From positions 96,001 to 160,000 of IMG/VR virus record IMGVR_UViG_3300037067_018912: a DNA stretch of 64,000 nt; one strand, written 5' to 3'. The position numbers and the translations under genes are program-made. This DNA is from a virus. Its lineage: Duplodnaviria > Caudoviricetes. Under the pieces are notes generated by a model that worked only from the letters and a program-made list of their open reading frames with translations, was not told the DNA's origin and did no database searches. Shown piece after piece: positions 18,405 to 29,100 of this stretch (positions are counted from its first letter, which is position 1; every line of letters begins with the position of its first letter).

Positions 18405-18770
18405 TTAATTCTTTATTATCGAATACGTTAATTTTTTCGTTTTTTTATTGTACGCATACCTTCTGTCATCGACAATCATAATGTTATGCCTTAATACTTC
18501 GATCGTATTCTCCGGGATTATTCCAGAAAGCCACAAGGCAGTTACCGAATTGTTTCCGATAATCCTGACATACTCCTTTTCGCCAATTATGTCGAAATCC
18601 AAATATACAATATCCCCTTCGTTTTCCAAAAAACTTCTCAAAATGTACGTAAAACCATCCACAATACCTTTTCTCGATTTTTCGTCAGCAATATCCGCAC
18701 CCAACAGCATTGCTTTGAGAAGGAAATCCTGGAACGGGTTGTAATAACCCCACTTATACTCACTTGCCAT
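18405..18770 (-). CDS. Hypothetical protein
   Basis: 121-aa ORF between helicase and polymerase, tightly packed. Confidence 0.65.
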   Translation of the reverse strand: MASEYKWGYYNPFQDFLLKAMLLGADIADEKSRKGIVDGFTYILRSFLENEGDIVYLDFDIIGEKEYVRIIGNNSVTALWLSGIIPENTIEVLRHNIMIVDDRRYAYNKKTKKLTYSIIKN

Positions 18771-20574
18771 GCTTTTTCTTTATAATTTCTATTACCTCAC
18801 CTAAAACAGAATTACCAACATTCGATTTATAATCCTCATTATCCAATACTTTAACGATTTCAGTCCTTTTACTTTCGATCAAATTATACACGTATTCATC
18901 AATCGTTTCGGGGAATATCATTGGATATGCATTCACAACATCTTTTTGAGTTATGCGATGCAAACGGTCAACCACCTGATCGTATTCTCCGGGAGCGAAT
19001 GGAAGTGTAAGTAGGAAAACTTTGCTTGCTGCAGTCAATGTCAACCCATAATTACAAGTTTGAATCGATCCAAGGAAGATTTTCATTTTATCCTGTGGGT
19101 CTTGAAACCTTTTCACAATATCGGCACGCTCCTCCACGGGTTGATCACCCGTATGCAACCCCGCAATATCGCCGAATCTTTCTTTGAGGGCAATTAATTG
19201 TTCCTTGAAATAATCTACGATAACAACTTTTTCTCCGGTTTCAAGGATATTCTCAATCAGTTCAACGATACTTTCAATCTTTAATTTGGCAACGTATTGC
19301 CTCAACCGGAGCATCGTGGTCAACGGATTACCGTTCGGATGTGTCACAAATTCATTCGCAACGCCTTCCTCTATTTTATTGTATAACTCTAACTCCTTAT
19401 CATCCATTTCAAGGATTATCCTTTGATAAACTTTATCAGGTAAATCCTTGAGAACTTCACTTTTCCTCTTCCTGTGTGTGTATGGTGCGATTTTATGATA
19501 CAACTCTTCAAATTTCTGTTCGGCGGTGTCTGTGACATATCCCCAACCATTGTAATCGTAGACCATCCCGCAATAATACTCATAGAAATACTTTTTCGTC
19601 GGGAAGTCGGTCGGAGAAACTTGGTTCAAAACCGTGTATAATTCATGTGCCCTATTGGGTGCAGGTGTACCGGAGAGGAATATCTTACTTATCTTACCCC
19701 CACGGAATAAACCGCTCTTAAATGTGGTTTTGAAATTTTTGTAAGTATTCGCTTTGGTATTCTTGAGTTTTTGTGACTCATCACAAATAACACAATCAAT
19801 AATATCGATTCCCAATTTCTTCCATTTCGTCAGGAATTTTTCCTTGCTGCCCGGATTGAAGAAGTCATAGTTGACTATAATATATTTGGCGTCCTCGATG
19901 CTACACTTGTTCTTCTTCCATTTTACGATATATGCCAGGCTGTCTGTGAACTTTTCAACTTCGTTGAGGAAGTTGAATTTCAATGAGTTTGGAGTAATGA
20001 CGAACACTTTTTTAAAACCGTTCATCTCAGCATAAAGAATGGAACTCAAGGTTTTTCCGAGACCCATTTCGTGTGAGATCAGCGTGTTGCGGGTTGCGTT
20101 CATGAACATCGCAGCCACGATTTGGTGAGGGTAGAGTTTCACACCCTCTTTCAAAAGGGCATGGCATTGATCGGAATATAAGATATAATCACGTTCAAGG
20201 TCTTGTTTATATTTGACCCATTCCTCTTTTTTGATATTGAGTTCGGCAATGAATTTCCGCTTCTCGACTTCGGTAATCTCGATCTTCTTGATTTGTTGAA
20301 TGAAAATCTTTCTACTATCCTCGTTACCAAAATCGAAATGAATTTTATTGGAATTCCTATACTTTCTTATTAAGGAAAAAAGAGACGGTGTCGTTACTTC
20401 CCACGCCATGACTCCAGCGTTCCACTTACGGCTATCATCCGGCAAATCTTTAATGCGCCCAATCAATTGATTATTGACAGGAAAGCGCAAAAAATATGCA
20501 AGCCTCCTTGGAATTCTTTCACAGTGAACCACAAAGACTGGTTCTTGAAACCGGGGGGTTTGATTCTCATCCAT
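18760..20574 (-). CDS. SNF2-family helicase/translocase with possible N-terminal HARP-like domain
   Basis: HEMGLGKT, DESQ, SGTPAPN, GLTLTAA, QVVDRLHRITQ. ATG 20574 preferred over the TTG at 20583. Confidence 0.88.
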   Translation of the reverse strand: MDENQTPRFQEPVFVVHCERIPRRLAYFLRFPVNNQLIGRIKDLPDDSRKWNAGVMAWEVTTPSLFSLIRKYRNSNKIHFDFGNEDSRKIFIQQIKKIEITEVEKRKFIAELNIKKEEWVKYKQDLERDYILYSDQCHALLKEGVKLYPHQIVAAMFMNATRNTLISHEMGLGKTLSSILYAEMNGFKKVFVITPNSLKFNFLNEVEKFTDSLAYIVKWKKNKCSIEDAKYIIVNYDFFNPGSKEKFLTKWKKLGIDIIDCVICDESQKLKNTKANTYKNFKTTFKSGLFRGGKISKIFLSGTPAPNRAHELYTVLNQVSPTDFPTKKYFYEYYCGMVYDYNGWGYVTDTAEQKFEELYHKIAPYTHRKRKSEVLKDLPDKVYQRIILEMDDKELELYNKIEEGVANEFVTHPNGNPLTTMLRLRQYVAKLKIESIVELIENILETGEKVVIVDYFKEQLIALKERFGDIAGLHTGDQPVEERADIVKRFQDPQDKMKIFLGSIQTCNYGLTLTAASKVFLLTLPFAPGEYDQVVDRLHRITQKDVVNAYPMIFPETIDEYVYNLIESKRTEIVKVLDNEDYKSNVGNSVLGEVIEIIKKKHGK

Positions 20575-20881
20575 ATCCGCCAAGCGTCACCTCTTGATCC
20601 AACTCTTCGCCACAGATCGCACAAACTGTTTTGCGTATGTACCTTGTTCTGTTGTAATAATCCCCCCCTTCTGTAACACAGACAGTTTTCTTTTCACTGT
20701 GTGTGCAGATTTTGGGGAGTTCCTCCAAGCATCTTTCAATTTCGATTGCAACTTTATCCCTTTTTCTATATGGAGGAGTCAGTTGTATTTCAATTTCAAG
20801 TTCGCACTTCCTGCGCCTCAACTTTTCGATTTTTCGAAATAAAACCAATGCCGGACCGTTTTCACGTTCGATCAGTTTCAT
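20567..20881 (-). CDS. Small hypothetical protein, possibly Zn-binding (CxH, CxxC)
   Basis: ATG at 20881 sits just downstream of a TAnnTTTG promoter; ICTHS...CAICG. Confidence 0.55.
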   Translation of the reverse strand: MKLIERENGPALVLFRKIEKLRRRKCELEIEIQLTPPYRKRDKVAIEIERCLEELPKICTHSEKKTVCVTEGGDYYNRTRYIRKTVCAICGEELDQEVTLGGYG

Positions 20882-20901
20882 AGCCTTGTTTAATGTATTA
20901 A

Positions 20902-20909
20902 CAAAGATA
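20902..20909 (-). promoter_or_regulatory. Bacteroidota-type -7 promoter element (TATCTTTG) heading the replication genes
   Basis: Matches TAnnTTTG, 20 nt upstream of ATG 20881; the -33 position reads ATTG, an imperfect match. Confidence 0.55.
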
Positions 20910-20953
20910 TAGGAAAAAAAGAAGAATGTCAATTGATTTTAAAAAAACGACTA

Positions 20954-21256
20954 TCATCCCGTCGGGGCGATAAAGACAGATTGATAATCAGTGACATCTT
21001 GGGTGTTGGTATCACCCGTGTCGGGATAATAAGTTAGATTATCGGGAACAATATAAATTGATTGATAATCAGTGATATCCTGCGTATTGGTGTCCCCGGT
21101 GTCAAAATAATACGACGTCCCTGTCGCAGGAGTGATAAAAACCAATTGATAATCGGTCACATCCTGTGTGTTGGTATCACCCGTATCGAAATAATACGCC
21201 GTATTGGTCGGAGTGACTCCCGAAATGTAAACGTCCGTTATATCTTGCGTGTTCAT
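20954..21256 (-). CDS. Small acidic tandem-repeat protein (YYxDTGDTNTQDxTDYQ)
   Basis: Three full and one partial ~27-28-aa repeats; no K, R, E, H, C or W. Confidence 0.6.
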   Translation of the reverse strand: MNTQDITDVYISGVTPTNTAYYFDTGDTNTQDVTDYQLVFITPATGTSYYFDTGDTNTQDITDYQSIYIVPDNLTYYPDTGDTNTQDVTDYQSVFIAPTG

Positions 21257-21672
21257 TACACCACCGTGGTTTTAGTCATGCTATCGGAAATAATGATATT
21301 TATGTAACCCTCTGTTGGAAGCGTAATTTTTCCACATTCATTCTCACCAAGAAAGTCGAGTTTGAATTCACCCAAATACCTTCCCGCCTTTCTCGTGTCT
21401 TTGAGGGTAAATTTGTACACGAGAGTGTACCTCACTTCATCAGGATATTCCGGTCTGTCATTATTAATAACGAGACTCGCCGGGACGTTTGCAATCCGAT
21501 ACAACCCTGTGTCGGCATCCGTCATGGAAAAAGTGATTGCCACATTTTCAAGCATATTATCGGTGAGGTCATATTTCTCCCTTACATGCTGAATAAGAGG
21601 GTATTTCAACTCCGGAAGGGTGCTGTCCTTCTTAATAAAAAAGTCATTAAGCCTAAATGTTGAATAATCCAT
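21256..21672 (-). CDS. BppU-like baseplate/tail-associated Ig-like protein
   Basis: IKKDSTLPELKY...ITFSM...YKFTLKDTRKAGRYLGEFKLDF...ITLPTEGYINIII resembles BppU N-terminal domains. Confidence 0.55.
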   Translation of the reverse strand: MDYSTFRLNDFFIKKDSTLPELKYPLIQHVREKYDLTDNMLENVAITFSMTDADTGLYRIANVPASLVINNDRPEYPDEVRYTLVYKFTLKDTRKAGRYLGEFKLDFLGENECGKITLPTEGYINIIISDSMTKTTVV

Positions 21673-21674
21673 AT

Positions 21675-22073
21675 TTATCCCCTTTCCTCATTATTTTCTT
21701 TTTCGGTCTGATTCAAATATTTTTCCCTATCTGCACCAACAACACTTTTAATTTTTTTCTTTAACATAGCAGCAATCCCATCTCCAACAAGACCCAAAGT
21801 CACGGCATCAACATCACCAAAAGAATGTCCGCTGAATTCAGAATAAAACCTAAAAAGGACATAGGTGCATAAAACAGTTGCTATATACCTTTTCCAATTA
21901 TCATAAAACCAAAATTTCCAACTCCATTTCTTTGGTGTGTTGGGACTTTGTATATTACGGCTATTGGTCTCCGTCATACCATAAATAACATAACCAATAA
22001 TAAAAAACCATAAAAATCCAAGTAATTGAACTCCCGTATAATCTCCAAATACTGTTTTACAAAATTCGTTCAT
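21675..22073 (-). CDS. Small membrane protein, holin-like candidate
   Basis: Two to three hydrophobic segments and a charged C-terminus. Confidence 0.45.
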   Translation of the reverse strand: MNEFCKTVFGDYTGVQLLGFLWFFIIGYVIYGMTETNSRNIQSPNTPKKWSWKFWFYDNWKRYIATVLCTYVLFRFYSEFSGHSFGDVDAVTLGLVGDGIAAMLKKKIKSVVGADREKYLNQTEKENNEERG

Positions 22074-22074
22074 A

Positions 22075-23136
22075 TTATAATACTTTAAGTAACGTCATAT
22101 ACCTGTTAGTGTTTGCGGTTGCAGTACCACTTGCTGTTCTCCATCTTATTTCAACATTTTGTGCTGTTGCCAATGTGATCCTGAAATTTGAATAACCATG
22201 ATTTGCCGTAACTGCTTGCGTTCCTCTCATGAATGTTAATTCACTGTTGGAAACTAAATTACCTCCAACATATATCGATGTTGTTGTAGCCACACTACTT
22301 GTACCATGCGATAATGATGTTCCAAAACTAACCAAATATGTTCCTGCGGGTACGTTTGTAAATTGCATGCCCGTCATTAATACAGCAGTTGTTGATGTTG
22401 TGGTTATGTTGCCAGTAACACCTGTATGATATGTTGTTATTATAGCACCACCCACTGCAATTGGCTGTGTATTATCTCCCCAACCCGCAACCAAAACTCC
22501 GTCTTTATTAACACCCACTATATAGTAAGGAACTGTAGTACCAGTTGTTGCACCAGTTGGATTAAGTATAACCAAACCAGCGATGTTACCACCACCAAGT
22601 CCACTGTCTTGATTTACACGTATCTGCATTTGATTTGCTTCCTGTTTAACCCTTCGAATTGTTTCAATCCAAAGTTTACCTTCAATGCGTAAATCTCCCC
22701 AAAATGTTCCACTACTTCCCGATATATTCTCAACAGTCAAATCGGTGGTAGTACCACCAGTGGTTGCCATTTTACTATCCGTGACACCAGTAAGAGCATT
22801 TGGTGTCGATATACTGCTTAAAATCAGATTACCATCAATATTAGTCATACTGTTTAAACCAACAGTCGCATAACCCTCCAATATTTTAAACTGCTCTGGC
22901 GTCGGAATATTCGGTATTAATTTAAGAATTTCAGTTTTTATTGCTTCTACACTCAACACAGAACCAGCAAAAGAATCCCAATTATTCACAGAAGATATGT
23001 CCGTATAATCTGCAGGGATGCCATCACCATCCCCGATTGCAATAAATGCAGTATTCCCGCTCAACATAATGTTGTTCCATGCCTTGATATCCACACCTAA
23101 TTTTTGTCCGTTGATTGTATATGCTAATAGTTTCAT
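22075..23136 (-). CDS. Tail fibre/virion structural protein
   Basis: Thr/Gly-rich; C-terminal beta-sandwich-like segment (AGTYLVSF...VEIRWR). Confidence 0.55.
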   Translation of the reverse strand: MKLLAYTINGQKLGVDIKAWNNIMLSGNTAFIAIGDGDGIPADYTDISSVNNWDSFAGSVLSVEAIKTEILKLIPNIPTPEQFKILEGYATVGLNSMTNIDGNLILSSISTPNALTGVTDSKMATTGGTTTDLTVENISGSSGTFWGDLRIEGKLWIETIRRVKQEANQMQIRVNQDSGLGGGNIAGLVILNPTGATTGTTVPYYIVGVNKDGVLVAGWGDNTQPIAVGGAIITTYHTGVTGNITTTSTTAVLMTGMQFTNVPAGTYLVSFGTSLSHGTSSVATTTSIYVGGNLVSNSELTFMRGTQAVTANHGYSNFRITLATAQNVEIRWRTASGTATANTNRYMTLLKVL

Positions 23137-23152
23137 TATTTATGATTTATTT

Positions 23153-26100
23153 TTAACAAATCTTTTTCACCCTAATTGTTGCACAACATATCGTACCATT
23201 GGTGCTTTGTGTGCAGAAATAGAAATTAAAGCAATGGCTTCCCGCAGAAAGTGTCAAATCTTTCGTGAATTGATCTGCACGGTAATAACCGATCATATTA
23301 CACCCACCAAGTGTTGCTACCGGAGTTCCATCAACATTATATGTCACATAAATATATCTATTACCCGTAGAATTTGCAAATATTGACATCATATCCATCT
23401 GATACCTTCCCGCAGTAAAAGTTGAAGCAGTATACCCATAATAATATGTTGGTGTTGTTGTTGCAATTGTACATACCGTATTGGTTTCAGCATAATGGTA
23501 ATTATCACTGCCGCCAGTCAATAAGATTGCTTTGACTTGCTTATCAGTAGGATTCCAAAATAATGTACGATCAGTTGAAATACTACCTATTGAAGGTGTT
23601 GAAACAAGACAAAGCGTATTTCCAACTGTGGTAACACCACTCGCATTAAATGTTGAAGCAGCAGTTGTTGCACCAACCAATCTTGTTGTACCTACCGAAC
23701 ACAAACATGTGCTGCCATAAACCGTCGAACCCGATACCAAACCTGCGGCAAGGAAGTCTCCGCTTGTTCTTAACGTACCTGTCATTGTGTCGCCACTCAC
23801 ATTCACCTTCGTTAAATCACGAGGATGGACGTGATCTTGACGGCTGTACCTCAATGATGTACCCACTACCGTCAATCCATTCATCAATGGTGTCGCCGTA
23901 CCCGCTTGGCCAACGACAAACGCCGTTGTTGCAAACTGAGTCGTATTGGTATCGGCTACCGCCGTCAAACCATACACAGCACCTGTGAACGTATCCCCCG
24001 TCAAATCGGCCTTACCATCAAGGATTGTCTTCGTGACACCCGTGTAAGTATTGAATTGTGTTCTTCCAATATAATTAGCCGGAAGTGTTGTGCCTGTGAA
24101 CGTGGCAAATGCCGTCTTATCGAGTTTTGTCCCTATTAAAGTGTTTGTAACACCCGTATAGGCATTGATTTCAGTCTTATTATAATAGTTCGCCGGAACT
24201 GTCGTTCCAGAATAGGTATTAAAATCACTTACCGCAAGTCTGCTTGTATCGCTCGGATGAACATGATCTTGACGACTGTATTTTAACGACGTGCCGACTG
24301 CTGCCAATCCGTTCATCAACGGTATTGCTGTTCCAACCTGGCAAGAAGTAATAAATGCTGTTGTTGCAATACAAGTGTTGTTTGAATCCGCAACAGGTGT
24401 TGGAGCACATGCACTCGTCAAAAACGTTGGACTTGTAATCGGTGCTTTCGTATCAATCAAAGACTTTGTCGCCGCACTATAAACATTGATTTCAGTCTTG
24501 TTATAATAGTTTGCCGGAACTGTTGTACCGCTGTAAGTATTGAACGCACTTATGTCGAGTTTCGTCCCTATAAGAGTGTTTGTAGCACCCGTATAGGCAT
24601 TGATTTCAGTCTTGTTATAATAATTCGCCGGAACTGTTGTACCGCTATAAGTGTTGAATGCACTTACCGCAAGTCTGCTTGTATCACTCGGATGAACATG
24701 ATCCTGACGTGCATATCTCAACGATGTCCCAATAGCCACCGCACCGTTCATCAAAGGATTGGTGTTGGCAGCCTGGCCGAGAACGAACGCCGTTGTTGCA
24801 ACCCTTGTAGTGTTGGTATCGGCGGGAGCGGTGGTTGTGTAGATCGCCCCCGTGAAAGTATCCCCCGTCAAATCGGCCTTGCCATCAAGTGCCGTCTTTG
24901 TAACACCAGTATAAACATTGAAATTGCCAATGTTCACATATGTTGCAGGTGCTGTCGTCCCAGTGTATGTTACAAACACCGTGGTTGGCAGTTTGGCATC
25001 TATCGAGGTCTTCGTCGTACCACTGTAAGAATTAAAATTGACGATCTTTAAATAGGTCGCAGGGATTGTCGTGCCCGAATAGGTGTTGAATGCGGTTATC
25101 GACAATTTGGTATTCGTAACCCCCGAAATATAATCAATATCACCATCAATACCATTCAGTCTCGTATTTGTCGCACCACTGTAAGAATTAAAATTAGTGA
25201 TAGCCAGATAAGTCGCCGGGACTGTCGTACCTGAATAAGTATTAAATGCAGTTATACTGAGTTTCAATGCATCCGCATCGTCGACATATTTCTTATCAAC
25301 AAGATCGGTGGTTGTTGTGAATGTTGGATGGGATTGGTAATGTTGTATGCCCGTCAAATTCCTCGTACCATCAGTCCTCAGATATTGCGGATGATCGTCA
25401 TTCAAAAGGCCGCTTAAATCACCGTGGTTCGAAATACCACCACCACCACCAACCTGACCACCTATCTGATAAGAGAATGGCAATGGCCTGATATCATATA
25501 TCTCACCACCGAATGTTGTTGATCCTGCCGAATACACCACATATGCCATGTTTATCGCAGTAGTGTCAAACGGCGGCACTTTGCCTGGCAGACCTCCTGC
25601 TATTGCTTCCTCCTTAGTGCTGTAGTACGTCTGTGGCAAATAGAATGCCAATTGACCGCTCGTTGTTCTAAGCACGATCGCCTTCACCCATTTCCCGGAA
25701 GGTATGTTCTTCGTTGCTAAACTGACAACCGCCGTGTGACCCGTGCCCCCTGCACCAAAATACGGTATTGCCAAGGTCAATGTAGTCCCCGTGCCATCCC
25801 ATGTATGACCAGTGACAAGTGTCTCATATTGATATGGTGCAACACCATCGAAAGCATCGTATATGCGGAAGGTATCGCCTGTCGGCAGCACGCTTCTCAC
25901 ATCATCAGGACTTGTAACGATATTGCTGCCATATGTAAAATTGAAAGTATATGCGGTCAATATCAATCCCGATGGTTGGGTAGGATCGTTGTAATATGTG
26001 GTAGGGATGCTCGCATCCCCCGTATAGAATGACTTGTTAATATAATAAAAATCAGCATTAACTCCTTGATCAGGACTATTGTATGCAACAAGCGTCGTCA

Positions 26101-29100
26101 ATCCACTGATGTCAGCAAGAGTAGTACCAACTTGTGGCAAATCGACCGACATCAACCCCATCTGTATCTTGCATGGGGTACTGGTAATCATTGTTGTATT
26201 AGCACTTAATTGTTGAATGCTACCGCCATTATCGTATATGAAAATCCCAAGCCTTTTCAAATATTCGGAAGTCCTGGAAACCGCATTCTCAATAACACCA
26301 CCATCTTGTTTAATGTTACCGATTTGCACCGCCCAATAGAACGTACCTAATCTAATATTTTGAATGTTATTCGGCTCGGATATTGCCACCTGTATATCAC
26401 CATTAGAATTTACGTAGACATAGTAAGTCCCAACATCGTCCGGTGTGGTATATCCACTGGTATTGATTGTTTGACCGCTCCAAGTTATTAATTTGTGAAA
26501 TCCATCGTATGTAATATATCCATTACCAGGATAAATATACAGCAAATTCAAGTCAATTTGTGCAAGTGCCGTTTCAGGTGAAAGCCTGCCGGAGATTTGC
26601 GTTCTTTCAATATAATTAGCGACTTTTTGGTTAAAATCATCAACAGTCGTGCTTTCCCAATCGGGAATACTGATATTAACATCAATTGCATTACGTGTTG
26701 CAAGATCAGCCAATGAACTACCGACCTTACTTACTTTCGTCCAAGGTATTGTGCCCCCGGTGTATGCTGCAAACACCGCCGTTGGAAGTTTGGTGTCGGT
26801 GACACCGGAAATGTAATCAATATCGTCTTCAACACCATCAAGTCTTGTCTCTGTTGAAGCGGTGTAATTTACAAATGTTGCGATTTCTACATGTTCTATG
26901 TTCGTACCACCAGAATCCAAAATAAATTGGTATAGATTGTAACCATTTATTGAAGTACCTGTTGGTATTACAGGAGTTCCCGTGAACATGGGACTTTCAA
27001 GGAAGGCGAATGTTTTCCTCGTGCTTCCTGTCGTAGTGCCGTACCAATTATTACCGAGAAATTCCATTGCTCCCGGTTGTGGTGAACCCAACAACGATCC
27101 GCTTGTGAATTTCAACGGGGAAACAGTTGTTGTACCTGCTTTTAGGTGAACCACCGCCGTCGGTGAAGAAATTCCAAATCCTGTTCCAAGGTCTGAAATC
27201 CTGACCTTTTCCGTTGGAGCAGAACCACTTGATGTCTTGAACAACATATCTGCATAACAAGTCGTGCTGTTGCCTTTGTATATTACGTCAAGCGATGCCA
27301 ACGACGTGCCGACCGTCCCACCGCCACAGCACACCCTTGTTCTGAAGCATAAATGACCAAGAGAATCACCCGAACAGGAAGCCAATGGCGCATCCAATGT
27401 TCCTCTTGTTTTTGCAGCCACATACCCGCCACCAATAGCATCGTTGGACGACGCTCTCACTCTTATTTGGGCGGTAGCACTACAATTAGAATCGACTTCG
27501 AATAAACTGAAACTCTGACCTGCTGTCAAATCGACATAATTCGATTCATTCACCTGCAATTGATTGCATCCAGACATGTTACCGCCGCCGATGTTAGTCC
27601 TGCCGAGACTGTCGATGTAGAAATTCGGTCTTGCATCGAATTGTGAAGAATATACTCCAAACCTCTTATCACCGCCACGGACAACCGTATTTAAAGTTGG
27701 TATCACCGACGGCAGGCTTGACGTCCTCATCCTCACCCAATATAATTCCTTTTGTTGAAGTTCATCAGGCAGCACTGATAATATCCAATCATTTATTTGG
27801 GTATTATCCCAATAGATCGCACCCGATCTTGTCAAATCTACCGTTGAATCGTAATAATAATCACTTCCTTCCGTGATCTCGACCCAAGACGAACCATCGA
27901 AATATTCGATGATTAATATAGTATCCTGACTTGGAATTATTATATTGATTTGAACTGAATTGAATTTAGTGTATCCACCTATATACAATGCCCCCAACGT
28001 ATCCCCAGTGTTAAATATTTGAATAGGGTAGTTGGAATCCGACAGACTCGCCCTAACGGTGAGGTCTTCATACCCAATCACACCCGCCGTATAATCGGAA
28101 GTTTTTAAAATAGCATCAAACTGAGCGGGTGCTACAATCAACGTACCTGATGGAAGTTGAGGGAATGCATTGAAACTCCAAGTATCACCGGAAGTGTGCC
28201 CTGTTGTGTAATCAAATTTGACCTGCACACCATTCTCAATAAGAGTTAAACCTGTCGAACACCCGGTTGGTTGAGACCAACTGTTGAAAGTGACTCCCAA
28301 ATCCTTAGAAACCCTCCAAACGAATGTATCGGTCGTTCCCGTTACACCCGATATTCGGATTTCATAATTGGAGATAAATGTCTTATCATATATACCGTCG
28401 ACATACAGGTCGTTAAGTCCTGTGCCGATTATTTTGTTGGCATAGAATGAAAAATAATTCGACGGCGAGTTTACCCCGACCCTTCCACTCTCGGAAGCCA
28501 CGATTGGCGTCGTATTGCCCGCCATGTTGTATAAGTACCAAAATTCAGCATTCTCACCCCTAAATGTTTCTGCAAACCATTTTGGTTCACCATTTTCAAG
28601 CCACACCACATCCTTGTCAGCACCCGTAGGACCATCAACATTCAAACCATTGGCCTGTGTGTTGTAACCACCATCATCAAGTAAATCAGTTCCATAAAGA
28701 TGAATTTGTTTTACCGGATTAGTAATACCAATTCCAGTAAAACCACTTATGGTATTGATCGTTATGATTGGTGTGATACCATCCGCCTTATTAATCGTTA
28801 TTGCGGACGCTGTCCCCCCAAACGGCCTGATCTCATTGACCACAATACCACCATTGAAACTGCTTTCAACAGTCGTTGAAGCACCCACTTCCGTGACCTC
28901 TTGCAAATCCGGAACGGTGATATCGCAAGTATATGCGAATTCCCGCCTCGTGCCGCCAGTCGTCGTACCATAAAACTTGTCCCCTTGAAACTCTACAGCA
29001 CCTGATTCGGGTGTCGCCAGCAACAACCCGCTCGTGAATTTCAACGGAGCGGTGTTGGCTGCAGTTGTACCTGATTGCAAATGAACAAGTGCTGTTGGAA

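Noticed and set aside
14706-20574. Inteins or introns in the polymerase or helicase
   Set aside because: No intein splice-junction or LAGLIDADG motifs were noticed, and the core motifs are in the normal order within continuous ORFs.
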